Below, piece by piece: positions 23,624 to 34,086 of a stretch of 64,000 bases of DNA. The translations under genes were made by a program, and so were the position numbers. Origin of the DNA: a virus. The notes beneath the pieces are model-generated. The model made no database searches. It saw only the letters and a list, made by a program, of their open reading frames with translations, and was not told the origin of the DNA. Within the stretch, counting starts at the first letter, position 1. The number at the start of each line of letters is the position of its first letter. Location of the stretch: IMG/VR virus record IMGVR_UViG_3300021963_000030; one strand, given 5' to 3'.

Positions 23624-26275
23624 ATGGCAGATTATAAAGCAGACATTCGCAATCTTCGTAGTGAACTTGATGGCGCAGCTACCAAGTTCAACAAAGACCT
23701 TAACGATGGAATGAAAAAGTTGGGGTCATTAGCAAAAAGTGCTGATGAACTTGGACAAAAAATGCAAAGTGTTGTAGACCCAGCAATGTTGATGGATAAA
23801 GCATTGTCACAGATGGGAGTCAGATATGAAGCACTAAAAACACAAGCACAAAATTATAAAAATGTTCAACAAAAAGCAATATCTGATATATTTGCAATAA
23901 ATGAACAAATTAAAGAACGAAACGCACTAGATGCTAAAGCTAGATCGGGTGTTACACTAACAGCCTCGGAACAACTCCGTCTTCAAAAATTACAATCAGA
24001 TAATTTAGAAACACAAAAATTATCAATTGGAAAAATTGCAAATGAAGCAAGTCGTAATGCAAAAGCAGCAGACGATAATGCAAAGGCTCTTGAGAAACAA
24101 CAACAAACTCTTTCTAAAATACAAGCTGTATATACAACCATAATGTCTCTTGGTGAGAAGTATGACAAGATGTTGAGTGAAGAGGCCAAGGCTCAAGGCA
24201 CCACCAAGGATGAGATTGATAGTCAATACAACACTATTCAGAAGATTAATAGTGAGGTTGGAAAAAATCTTGCAAGTAATCAAGAAATTTTAAAGGCAAT
24301 AACTTCCGCAAGGAAAGAATATGCCCTGACGGAAAGTCAACTCGGAAATATAGGTAAAGAAGCGGCAAACATCAGTCGTTTCACTGGTTTGTCTGTAGAT
24401 GAATCTGTTAAGTTCCAAAACAGTTTGGCTGAAATTGGAGGCACATCACATACCGCTCAAGAAAACATGACTGCTATTGCTCAGTATGCAGCACAAGCAG
24501 CTGGTGTTCCAATTGGTATGGTAATGAAAGATGTTGCCAATGCAAGTAGTGCGGTAAGAACAATATTTAGAGGAAACACAGCCGAGTTAATTAAACAAGC
24601 AGCTGAAGCAAGAAAACTTGGAACCAACCTTGACTCTGCTGCAAAATCAGCTGAAGCTTTATTAAACTTTGAATCGTCAATTGGTGCTGAGTTAAAAGCA
24701 GCTGCTTTGTTGGGTCAAAATTTGAATTTCAATGAATCACGTAGATTGGCGTTTGCGGGAGATTTGATTGGTGCGGAAAAGGCTCTTCAAAAAGAAATTG
24801 AACGAGTTGGTGATCTTAACAAACTAAACTACAATCAACGTAAGGCTTTGTCTGAAGCAACCGGTAAAGATTTTTCAGAACTACAAAAAATTCAGACTCA
24901 AAGAAAAGACATGTTGGAAGCAGAAAGAATGTTTCCAGAAGAAGCCAAGAAGATGAAGAAGGCTCAAGAAGAACTTGCTGCTCTACAAAAGAAGGGACCA
25001 GAAGCAAGGAAAAAAGAACTTGAGCTTATGATGCAACAAAAGACAGCAGAGGCCGAATCTGCTAAGTTGGCACAAGCAAAAGAAGCAGCATTGTTAAATC
25101 TTGGCAAGATTCTCAAACCTGTATATGATATAATACTTGGTATACAAACCTATTTTTTCCAAGCTATAGCCGCAATATTATCATTCAAAGCATCATGGAC
25201 ACAGGTGTTAGGTGCTATTGCAATTGGTGCGACTGTAATATTGACCGCATTCTTTACATTAAAATATGGGTTATCAAAGGTGCTTGACTTTCTTGGTAAC
25301 ATGTTTGGTAAAGCAGCACAATCTGCGGGTGAAGGATTGGGTAAAGGTCTTGAGGGCATATCAAAAGGAATCACTGCTTTAGGAACAGCAGTCGGCGCAC
25401 TCAAGTGGAGTGACATGGCAAAACTAGCAGCTCTATTAGTATTGATTACTGGAGCAGCAATAGGACTAGGATATGCTATGAGTATGTTGGGACAAACAAG
25501 TGCAACACAAATACTAGCATTCACAGCAGCACTAGTAATACTTGGAGCTGGACTAGCAGGTATCGCATTGTTGATGACACCGCCATCACCACTTGGAGCT
25601 GGTTTATTAATCTTTGCTGGAGCATTAGCAATTACATCACTTGCTGCTATTGGATTTGCCAAGGCTATACAAATGGTAACACCAGCACTTGACAAAATTG
25701 GAACAATCATACTTGGGCTAGGAAATATAGTTGCGGGTGTTGTGAAGAATGCGTTTCAAACCATGTATAACGTATTTGTAAAACTACCAGATGTGGTATC
25801 TAAAGTTGCTGGTCCACTAGCCACGTTAGCTCTTGTTTCGCCTGGACTGATAGTGGCAGCTGCTGGTGTAAGCGCATTGACGGTATCACTTGGATTGTTA
25901 ACAACTGCTTTGGTTTTGTTTCCAACCAGTGAGTTAACCAGAGTAACAACACAGTTGAGTTTATTGGCAATGTCAGCAACCGGAATTAGAGTTGCTGCAT
26001 CAGCACTAAAAGATCTTAGTGGTATAGAGTTGCCAAAGATTGAGTTTGGTGGAGTAGCCGCTTTGGCCGCAGTATCTGCTGCTGGGTCTGCCGCAAAGAG
26101 CCAAGAAACACAAGAACTTAAACAAGGACTTGAAGTTGTCGCTCAAAAGATTGAAACTTTGACCAACATGATGGCAAGTGGCGGTATCGCAGTCAACTTG
26201 GATGGACAAAAAGTTAACTATGCTTTGGCAAAATCTTCTAATAATAGAGGATCTCTTGGTCAAGCAACCTTCTAA
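23624..26275 (+). CDS. Tape measure protein
   Basis: 883 aa, helical and Ala-rich, long hydrophobic Gly/Ala stretch in the C-half; LLNFESSIGAELKAAALLGQNLN motif; position between chaperone and baseplate genes. Confidence 0.8.
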   Translation: MADYKADIRNLRSELDGAATKFNKDLNDGMKKLGSLAKSADELGQKMQSVVDPAMLMDKALSQMGVRYEALKTQAQNYKNVQQKAISDIFAINEQIKERNALDAKARSGVTLTASEQLRLQKLQSDNLETQKLSIGKIANEASRNAKAADDNAKALEKQQQTLSKIQAVYTTIMSLGEKYDKMLSEEAKAQGTTKDEIDSQYNTIQKINSEVGKNLASNQEILKAITSARKEYALTESQLGNIGKEAANISRFTGLSVDESVKFQNSLAEIGGTSHTAQENMTAIAQYAAQAAGVPIGMVMKDVANASSAVRTIFRGNTAELIKQAAEARKLGTNLDSAAKSAEALLNFESSIGAELKAAALLGQNLNFNESRRLAFAGDLIGAEKALQKEIERVGDLNKLNYNQRKALSEATGKDFSELQKIQTQRKDMLEAERMFPEEAKKMKKAQEELAALQKKGPEARKKELELMMQQKTAEAESAKLAQAKEAALLNLGKILKPVYDIILGIQTYFFQAIAAILSFKASWTQVLGAIAIGATVILTAFFTLKYGLSKVLDFLGNMFGKAAQSAGEGLGKGLEGISKGITALGTAVGALKWSDMAKLAALLVLITGAAIGLGYAMSMLGQTSATQILAFTAALVILGAGLAGIALLMTPPSPLGAGLLIFAGALAITSLAAIGFAKAIQMVTPALDKIGTIILGLGNIVAGVVKNAFQTMYNVFVKLPDVVSKVAGPLATLALVSPGLIVAAAGVSALTVSLGLLTTALVLFPTSELTRVTTQLSLLAMSATGIRVAASALKDLSGIELPKIEFGGVAALAAVSAAGSAAKSQETQELKQGLEVVAQKIETLTNMMASGGIAVNLDGQKVNYALAKSSNNRGSLGQATF

Positions 26276-26280
26276 TCTGA

Positions 26281-26288
26281 TATTTATA
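26281..26288 (+). promoter_or_regulatory. TATTTAT late-promoter-like motif
   Basis: tatttat, then 5 nt, then ATG(26293). Confidence 0.45.
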
Positions 26289-26292
26289 TACA

Positions 26293-28893
26293 ATGGCAAA
26301 TAGTCAAACATTCGTAGAAGGATTAACTAGTGGTGGTGACCAAATCACTACACTAGCCAATATTCAAGGTGCTGGTCTAAAACTACCAGCAGCAACTGCA
26401 GATTTTATTAATATAAGATCTCCAGGCAAAATTCGTGCGTTGTTTGAAACAAACGGTAATGCTGAAAGACTATATTCTGTAAACAAACCAGAAGATGTTG
26501 GTCTAGCAGACGTATTAAGAACAAGATTTGACTATAAGAACCCAAATCAAGGTCAACGATCAAAGGTAACTGGACTAGTCAGAGCAGCTGCTCAAGACGC
26601 AAATTTAGTTAGAAAGTTTTTAGGTTCAACCAAAGGAACTCAATTCATAGTCAAACAATTGATATTACAAGGTTATCAAGCCTTTGACGAAACCAAGGTA
26701 TACAATCCAGGTTCACCTTTGATTGCTGCTTTAAGACCCGCATCATTTGGTTTACTAGACAGACCAACAAGACATCTAGACACCAGTAACGTCATTGGTG
26801 GTATTATCAACGGTGTTGGTCTAGGAAGTGTAGTGTCCACAGTTGGAGCCTTGGTTGGCGGTGCTCCACCACAACCACCTCCACCACGTTCGTCTGTTGC
26901 TAGCACTGCAAGTAACGGATTGGGATTAAGCACGTTGACCAGTTTTGTTGGTGGCGGTGATAGATCCAGTGAAGTTGTAGCACCAATTGCGAGAGGTGAC
27001 GTTAAGGGTCTATTGAGAGGTAATACTGCAACAAACGCATACAACGCAGACAGATACACCAGATTGGTAAATCAAGGTGGTGGATCATTCTTTGGTAGAT
27101 TGTTTACGGGTATAGGTAAGTTCATCCAGAACAATACTGCTATTGGTGGTATTCTTCCCCCAAAACAACCATGGGCTGCCAAGTTTCGTGCTGACGAAGA
27201 AACATATGATTTGTATTTGAATGCCGGAAAACTCTTTGATCCAACTTCAACTGGAATCAAGGGTGGTGGTATTTTGAGTGGATTGTTGAATTCTATTGGA
27301 TTTGGAAAAAGAGCAAATTATTCACAAAAAGTAACACAGAGGTTTTACAATAAATCCAAGAATCAACCAAATCTTTCTAGATTAACAATTACTGGTAATC
27401 TATACAAGTCAAGTCAACCTTCTACAATTTCGTCAATGACTGGCGAAGTTGGTGTATACAATGGATCTGAACCTTTCTTGGTCAATCAAATCACCACAGA
27501 AAAGAACGACAATTCTGTAACGGGTGATACGTTGAAGTATGGTAAATTAGTTACCAGAGGTTATTATGGTGAACAAGAAAGAAGTGACCAACTTCTCAAT
27601 TATAAGGCACTGTTGGATGGAACCAAAAACTTCAACGACACATTTGTTGATGAACAAACATTAACAGTTGAAAAACTTAATTTGACGTTAAATGCTGCTA
27701 TAAACAGCATTCGTGGATCTAACAACGAAAAATACAGTATAAATTCAGAAGGAAAGAGAAATCTAGATCCTCTACAATTTGCGAAATTTGGTTCAGACAA
27801 GATCGGCATGGATTATCTCAAAGATCTTAATGCTAGCAATTTGAATTCAACATCTGTTCAAGAAAACAACACATACCAAGGAAGATTCCGTAGAAACGAA
27901 TCTGCTGGTGTTAGAGTGCCTACAAGACTTGGTGAGGGTCCAAATGATAGATACATTCGACCAACAAACAATGTAGATTATGTCAATGCACTTGAGGTGT
28001 TGAGACCAGATCAATTTGATAAACTATATGCTAACACAGACAAGTTTGGTGTATATGGTCCAGACATAATCAAGTTTTATTTCTATGATATCATTAACAA
28101 GAAATATATTCCATTCAATGCTACTGTTAAGTCTATAAATGACAACAATAATGCAACGTGGGAAACGATTGAATATCTTGGTCGTGCTGATAAGTTGTAT
28201 TATTACAAAGGATTCACACGTAGTGTCAGTTTCAATTTTACAGTGAATGCTCACAGTGTTAAAGAATTGATGCCTATGTGGAACAGAATCAACTACTTGG
28301 TTGGGTTGACTCGACCTGCTAATTATACACTACAACAGTTTGGTGGATTTATGGTATCACCCATGGTCCAATTGACTTTGGGAGATTTCTATAAAAATCA
28401 CAATGTGGTAATCAATAGTTGTAATGTAACGATCCCAGAAGATGCTGGGTGGGAAACTATTCCAGAAGAAGCACAAAAGGATGGTAAAAATTGGTATTAT
28501 GGTCCAAACGGGGCTATATCTTGGGACAGTGCAAACACGTTACTTAACAGTTCGATTGATCAAAGAAAAGCAAATTCAACGGGTCGTGTAGCTCAATTTC
28601 CAAGAACAGCAGATATTCAAATTGAAATGAATGTTCTTGAAAAAGATCTTCCACGAACTGGTAGAGCAATTTGGGGTGATGCTCCTGTCAAGAGTGTAAG
28701 CCTTGAACAATTTGCAGCAGACGTTGAAGCTAGAACTGGTCAAAAACTAGATATTCAAAGAATGAGAAATGATGGAATCACCAGAGTTGATAGTTATGAT
28801 GATGTTCTAAGTGGTGCAAATACGTTTTCTATATACATGAGATATGATAATGATTTGGCAGCTTCTCAACAACCAGCCACAGCTACACCTTAA
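26293..28893 (+). CDS. Baseplate tail-tube initiator (gp48/gp54-like domain in C-half)
   Basis: KFYFYD...IPF.ATVKSI.D...ATW...EYLGRADKLY.YKGF.RSVSFNF...P.VQLTLGD.Y....V.I.S. Confidence 0.6.
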   Translation: MANSQTFVEGLTSGGDQITTLANIQGAGLKLPAATADFINIRSPGKIRALFETNGNAERLYSVNKPEDVGLADVLRTRFDYKNPNQGQRSKVTGLVRAAAQDANLVRKFLGSTKGTQFIVKQLILQGYQAFDETKVYNPGSPLIAALRPASFGLLDRPTRHLDTSNVIGGIINGVGLGSVVSTVGALVGGAPPQPPPPRSSVASTASNGLGLSTLTSFVGGGDRSSEVVAPIARGDVKGLLRGNTATNAYNADRYTRLVNQGGGSFFGRLFTGIGKFIQNNTAIGGILPPKQPWAAKFRADEETYDLYLNAGKLFDPTSTGIKGGGILSGLLNSIGFGKRANYSQKVTQRFYNKSKNQPNLSRLTITGNLYKSSQPSTISSMTGEVGVYNGSEPFLVNQITTEKNDNSVTGDTLKYGKLVTRGYYGEQERSDQLLNYKALLDGTKNFNDTFVDEQTLTVEKLNLTLNAAINSIRGSNNEKYSINSEGKRNLDPLQFAKFGSDKIGMDYLKDLNASNLNSTSVQENNTYQGRFRRNESAGVRVPTRLGEGPNDRYIRPTNNVDYVNALEVLRPDQFDKLYANTDKFGVYGPDIIKFYFYDIINKKYIPFNATVKSINDNNNATWETIEYLGRADKLYYYKGFTRSVSFNFTVNAHSVKELMPMWNRINYLVGLTRPANYTLQQFGGFMVSPMVQLTLGDFYKNHNVVINSCNVTIPEDAGWETIPEEAQKDGKNWYYGPNGAISWDSANTLLNSSIDQRKANSTGRVAQFPRTADIQIEMNVLEKDLPRTGRAIWGDAPVKSVSLEQFAADVEARTGQKLDIQRMRNDGITRVDSYDDVLSGANTFSIYMRYDNDLAASQQPATATP

Positions 28894-28895
28894 TT

Positions 28896-29186
28896 ATGAG
28901 ATATCAATTTACACCAGTTGAAAAACGTTGGGATGGAAACAGAGTATATTCTACAACATATTATCCAGTTATACAACCCGACACCACAGATATTTATATT
29001 ACTGCTAGTGACGAAGATTATTTGGATAGTCTAGCTAAAAAATATTATGGTAACGAAAGTTATTGGTGGGTTATTGCAAATGCCAACAATTTGGGTAACG
29101 GCCGACTATCTATACCTGTAGGCAAACAAATCAGAATACCGGGTAATTTACCACAAATAATGCAATCATTGAAGAATGCTAATTAA
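28896..29186 (+). CDS. Baseplate wedge subunit, LysM-like (T4 gp53-like)
   Basis: DYLDSLAKKYYGNESYWWVIANAN...IPVGKQIRIP. Confidence 0.75.
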   Translation: MRYQFTPVEKRWDGNRVYSTTYYPVIQPDTTDIYITASDEDYLDSLAKKYYGNESYWWVIANANNLGNGRLSIPVGKQIRIPGNLPQIMQSLKNAN

Positions 29187-29191
29187 GTTAT

Positions 29192-32100
29192 ATGGCAACA
29201 ACACCAAATGTTCAGAATCAACCTACATGGGCTAAGCCACAACCAAATGACATCCGTGAAGTAGATGTAAAATGGTGGGAGGCACAAAATATTCCATGGC
29301 AGTTGGTTCGTGAACTTCAACGTCGTAGAAACAACACTAACATTGGTCAAAGTGGTAACACAACCACTGTGATTAATTTTGAAAACGAACATGCTACCTA
29401 CAGAGGTCCAATGACTCCGTGGGTCCGTGCTTTTTCAAACGGAACTGGACAAATTGGAAGTCCAACTGTTCCAGTGAGTAAGTATCTTTTCAAAAATGGA
29501 GCATTGCCAAAATATGATGGATTTATATTAAGCGGCGGTGATGGTTTTGGAAATGCTTATGGATTTACTAAAAAAGGAAATGTTTTGGTCGAGGACAAAG
29601 CTATAATAGGATACCAAGCAAATGGTGAACCTCATTATATTGATCCTAAATATAGAACCAACACGTATTACGATGCGGGTGTCCATTGCCCAGAGGGAGT
29701 AAAGTTTCCACAAAATTCAGTAGTTCCATCTGTTCTTCCACCACCTGGTATTACATCAATCAATGTCAAAACAAACAAAGACATGATGGCCAATGCTACA
29801 ATCAACTGGAAATGCTACAGCTTGGCTCAGTTGGAGTATATGATGCCATTTTGGTTGAGTCCAAAGATCAATGTATTCTTGGAATTTGGGTGGAACTTGT
29901 TTAATATTGATTCGTTAGTTCCACTTGTTGATACCAACGAGTGTTATAAACTAATTCTACGTCCCGAGTTGGCACTTGAACGTTATTATAAATCTTTTGG
30001 TAATTATGGACTAATTACTGGAATTATATCCAAGTATAATTTTTCAACAGACGATGGTTTTGTTTACAATTGCACAACTGAACTAATTTCGAGACAAGCA
30101 ATGTATGCGGGGTATCGTGCTGATAATCCAACTGTATCTCAAGGTCAAAATGAAGGCGAAACAAAGGAGTATGTAAACTTAAAAGACTTCTTTTCAAACT
30201 ATCTTCAATTTACAAAACAAATTGTTGAAGATAGAGGTAACTTTATCAATTACATTTTGAAGAATGCAGAACGTCTTAAGAAGATAGTAAATAAAGACTC
30301 CAAGGATGCCAAGAAATCAGCTGCTCAGTCTCAGCAAATTGGATTACCACCAATAGACAATAGTGGATCTCCAATATTTTATAATGGGTTGCCAGAAAAT
30401 CGAGTATTCATGGGTCGTATACAAGACGTTTACAAAAAAGCAAAGATTCCTAAAAAACCAGAAGCATCATTGAGTGCTGGTCAAATGGATGCTCAACGAG
30501 CCAGTGCAAATTTTGCGGGTGGTTTGGGTGGAATAGGTTTGATGCCTAGACCACAGTTGCCTTTACCAAAACCAGCAATCACAGAAGCAATTCCTTATGG
30601 TTCAACACCTACCAAAGGACCTGCTAGATTTGCAAATAATGGTATTATATCGTTTGCAGATAAATCTACTGATTTTGATTACGAAGATGGATCAAACGAT
30701 GAAGCGTGGTATCAACTTGATTTTGTTTTTGAAATAATCAATTTGTTTTGTTCTGAACCAAAAACAAAAAATAACAAAATTGATATTTCTCAAATTATCA
30801 TTGGGGGTCATCCAAATTTGATATCATGTGATCCAAACGTATTGATTCCAAACTCAATAGCGCCAAAAATCAATATAGGAAGAACTCCGGCAGTGCGTGG
30901 TCAAAGAATAACTGATGGATATTTGGAAAGTTTAGATGCTAATAATAATTTATTTGTTGACCAGTTTTATTGGATTGATTTCAACAAAGAAATTGTTAAT
31001 GGACAGAAAGAAGAAAAAGCAGCTGCTGATAAACTAAAAGCAAATTCTTTGGAAGCTGAATGTGTTACCAAAAGAACATCACCTTTGTGGAAAGCAGCAT
31101 TAAAAGCACAAAATACATTCAAGACAAGAGGATCTCCAAGGGATGATTTGGACGTAATGGTCAATTGGTTATACTACAATATTGGTGGATCATCAAGTGC
31201 GGCATTTCCATTCAGAGAACCTAAGACTGTAGGAAATAGAACTTATCAAGCACATTACTATGGTTATTTGAAAAACATCTATATTAGTAAATCCAGATTG
31301 ATTGAAATTGGTAAAGACCAAGAGTTGAAAACATTGGAACAAATTGTCAATAAAATTCTCAACATTGTAAACGAATCAGTTGATAACTTCTGGAACTTAC
31401 AAGTGGTAAAGAGTGAAACTGGTGGGTTATCGATCATTGACAAAAACTTGTCTTTACCAAGAAAATCTCCAATCTATAAATTTGACATTGGTTCAACATC
31501 TGGTGTAATCAAAAAAATTGATTTTCAAGTAAATCTAACGAATGAACAAGTCAATTCTGTATTATACGGAAGTGGACAAAATGCTGCAAACGATCAAGCT
31601 AGTAAAATTACTGAGATTGCGAACAGCATGGATATTAGTTTGAAAGAAAAGGTGGACAAAATTACCCAGATTAAAACTGGATTGCCAAGTTTGAATTATG
31701 CGGATCGATTTGATGACCGTCAGTTATTGGATGTGGTAAACAAAAAACTGGAAGAGATATCAGCAGAACTTAAGGAACAACAAAGTAAACCACCTGCTGA
31801 ACAAAATCAAACTGTTCCGCATGGTCCTATTATTAATAAAAATGAAGAAATAAGAAGATTGCAAACACAAGGTAAGCAAGATGAAAAAGTCTTGGTTATG
31901 CGTGTTAGAGCTTTGAAAAAAGGAGAAGATCCATATGGTCCAACCGAAGAAACTGCTGGTAAATTTAATCCACTCGTTGAAAATGTTACAACTACCACAG
32001 CTAATTTTGGATGGGTATATTTGAATTTGCCTCCGACGATGAAGGGTAAATTACGAGAAATGTTAGATGATAGTGATACTACTAACAACACATCAAAGTA

Positions 32101-32332
32101 TTCTGGTCCAGCAGATAATTTTACTTTGACTTTGACGTTTGATGGAATATTTGGATTTAGAATGTTTCAACACATAGCTATTGCAAATCTTCCAAAACCA
32201 TATGTTCCGGGCAACGTGATATTTATGATCAATGAAGTGGATCATCAAATAAATGCTGGTAAATGGGAGACCGTCGTAACAGCAATGTTGAGATGTTGTC
32301 CAGACCAAGAATATGAATTTATAAATGTATGA
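29192..32332 (+). CDS. Baseplate hub protein (gp27/gp44-like, large insertions)
   Basis: PPPGITSINVK...ATINWKC...QLE....FW.SP.INVFLEFGW; C-terminal LTFDGIFG.RMF...F.INEVDH.I..GKWET.V. Confidence 0.55.
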   Translation: MATTPNVQNQPTWAKPQPNDIREVDVKWWEAQNIPWQLVRELQRRRNNTNIGQSGNTTTVINFENEHATYRGPMTPWVRAFSNGTGQIGSPTVPVSKYLFKNGALPKYDGFILSGGDGFGNAYGFTKKGNVLVEDKAIIGYQANGEPHYIDPKYRTNTYYDAGVHCPEGVKFPQNSVVPSVLPPPGITSINVKTNKDMMANATINWKCYSLAQLEYMMPFWLSPKINVFLEFGWNLFNIDSLVPLVDTNECYKLILRPELALERYYKSFGNYGLITGIISKYNFSTDDGFVYNCTTELISRQAMYAGYRADNPTVSQGQNEGETKEYVNLKDFFSNYLQFTKQIVEDRGNFINYILKNAERLKKIVNKDSKDAKKSAAQSQQIGLPPIDNSGSPIFYNGLPENRVFMGRIQDVYKKAKIPKKPEASLSAGQMDAQRASANFAGGLGGIGLMPRPQLPLPKPAITEAIPYGSTPTKGPARFANNGIISFADKSTDFDYEDGSNDEAWYQLDFVFEIINLFCSEPKTKNNKIDISQIIIGGHPNLISCDPNVLIPNSIAPKINIGRTPAVRGQRITDGYLESLDANNNLFVDQFYWIDFNKEIVNGQKEEKAAADKLKANSLEAECVTKRTSPLWKAALKAQNTFKTRGSPRDDLDVMVNWLYYNIGGSSSAAFPFREPKTVGNRTYQAHYYGYLKNIYISKSRLIEIGKDQELKTLEQIVNKILNIVNESVDNFWNLQVVKSETGGLSIIDKNLSLPRKSPIYKFDIGSTSGVIKKIDFQVNLTNEQVNSVLYGSGQNAANDQASKITEIANSMDISLKEKVDKITQIKTGLPSLNYADRFDDRQLLDVVNKKLEEISAELKEQQSKPPAEQNQTVPHGPIINKNEEIRRLQTQGKQDEKVLVMRVRALKKGEDPYGPTEETAGKFNPLVENVTTTTANFGWVYLNLPPTMKGKLREMLDDSDTTNNTSKYSGPADNFTLTLTFDGIFGFRMFQHIAIANLPKPYVPGNVIFMINEVDHQINAGKWETVVTAMLRCCPDQEYEFINV

Positions 32333-32715
32333 TTCAAGATGCAGATACCAGTTTAGTCGATAGTTTAGGTCTTGGAAACTTTGATCTATTTTTTCCAAGC
32401 ACATATTTGCCTACACCACGTAAGGCTGATTACGAGTATGGTTTCATCACCAGATATTTTATTGGCAAACGAAATCAACAGATCATCATAGAAACAAATG
32501 CTCGAGATTATAACGCCACAGATGGGTCTTTTTTTGTTAAAGGAAAGATAGATTGGCAAATAAGTGGAAGAAAGAATAATTTATACAAAGATCAAATCTT
32601 GATTGATTCTGGCGTTCAAGAATATAATTTGGTTCAAATAAACAGTTTGAAAAAAACACTACCAGGTATTGAGATAGTGTTATCAAACCCGCTTCAGTTT
32701 TGGCAAGGGTATTAA
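32329..32715 (+). CDS. Hypothetical protein (baseplate-associated)
   Basis: ATGA overlap with hub gene; DYEYGFITRYF...IDWQISG. Confidence 0.45.
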   Translation: MIQDADTSLVDSLGLGNFDLFFPSTYLPTPRKADYEYGFITRYFIGKRNQQIIIETNARDYNATDGSFFVKGKIDWQISGRKNNLYKDQILIDSGVQEYNLVQINSLKKTLPGIEIVLSNPLQFWQGY

Positions 32716-32722
32716 AATATAT

Positions 32723-32750
32723 TTGACAGCGACACAACATGGTGTATAGT
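32723..32750 (+). promoter_or_regulatory. Sigma70-like promoter, probably leaderless
   Basis: TTGACA-N16-TATAGT, 7 nt before GTG(32758). Confidence 0.6.
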
Positions 32751-32757
32751 CTATGTC

Positions 32758-34071
32758 GTGTCACAGTCATCTAAAATATACTTGAAGTTAATCTTCAGAG
32801 ATACAAACCTTCATCCGTCGCAGGACAAGGTGATTGCGGCTTTTGTCTACGATTATCAGACCAAACAGACGGAGTATTTCAACTTTGAGCATCCAGATGT
32901 AGTTGCAAATTCTACATTCAAGTCGTTCAAAAAAACATTGTTGGATAAAAAAGTTTATGTCAATAACAAAAAACGATACAAGTATCATATTCCAAATGTT
33001 GACTTGTATGACGTAAATCTGTTTTCGTTTCTCAAAGACGGTGAAGTGGTAGAAATGCCTAACCACTTGTATACTACACAGTTACATATGACTCACAACA
33101 AGTTGAATCATGTAAACCTTGTGGTGCCATATGTTGTTCATCAAAATGTATTTGACGCAGAAGTGGATTTGATCGATCAATATGAAGATGAAAACACAGA
33201 CTCATATTGTTTCAAGTTCTTCAACAACATCGTCACAGATACACTGTTTGAAGTGGAACGTAATGGTATTCATGTCAATACTCCTCAGTTTAAAGCATGT
33301 TTTCCAAATGCACGGGTTGCAACTAGTGAAGATGGAAGTAATGATACCGTATACAGTGAATATTACATCTATAATCCCACTGGCAGACCTAGTAACAAGT
33401 TCGATAGTGTAAACTACGTTGCTCTAAACAAAGAGGATGGTTGTAGAGAAAGTTTCACATCAAGATATCCAACTGGTAAATTGATGATGGTAGACTTTAC
33501 TGGATTTCATCCATACTTGGTTGCGCAACTGATTCAATACAAGGTTCCAGACGAAGAAACCATTTATGAACATCTTGCGAAACAGTATTATAATATCGAT
33601 GTTGTAGACGCAAATACATTGTCCAAGTCTAAGAAACAGACGATGGTCAATTTGTATGGTCAGATATCGGATAAACATATACAAATTCCTTATTTCACAA
33701 AGGTAGAAGAACTCAAGAACAAGTATTGGGAAGAGTTCACCAACAAAGGATATGTAAAGACTCCTATTTACAAACGTAAGATCAATCAACATCATATTAT
33801 TGATCCCAACAAAAATAAGTTGTTTGCATACATAATCCAAGCAACCGAGACGGAGTATGGACTAAACAGTTTGGGTAATGTGTTGAAATATGTAGCGGGT
33901 AAGCCAATCATACCCATATTATACATTTATGATAGTATTCTGTTTGACATTGATAGTAGTGTAAAACCCGAAGAAATCAACGATGTTGTGGATATTATTA
34001 GAAATAAACGGTTCAAGGTAAAGGTTTATGAAGGAAATAATTACAATGAAATGACATTAGTCTCAAGTTAA
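32758..34071 (+). CDS. Minimal family-A DNA polymerase-like protein
   Basis: TGRPSN...Y.AL; motif A RESF...MVDFTGFHPYL; motif B KQTMVNLYG; motif C ILYIYDSILFD; only 437 aa. Confidence 0.7.
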   Translation: MSQSSKIYLKLIFRDTNLHPSQDKVIAAFVYDYQTKQTEYFNFEHPDVVANSTFKSFKKTLLDKKVYVNNKKRYKYHIPNVDLYDVNLFSFLKDGEVVEMPNHLYTTQLHMTHNKLNHVNLVVPYVVHQNVFDAEVDLIDQYEDENTDSYCFKFFNNIVTDTLFEVERNGIHVNTPQFKACFPNARVATSEDGSNDTVYSEYYIYNPTGRPSNKFDSVNYVALNKEDGCRESFTSRYPTGKLMMVDFTGFHPYLVAQLIQYKVPDEETIYEHLAKQYYNIDVVDANTLSKSKKQTMVNLYGQISDKHIQIPYFTKVEELKNKYWEEFTNKGYVKTPIYKRKINQHHIIDPNKNKLFAYIIQATETEYGLNSLGNVLKYVAGKPIIPILYIYDSILFDIDSSVKPEEINDVVDIIRNKRFKVKVYEGNNYNEMTLVSS

Positions 34072-34086
34072 ACATATTTATAATTG

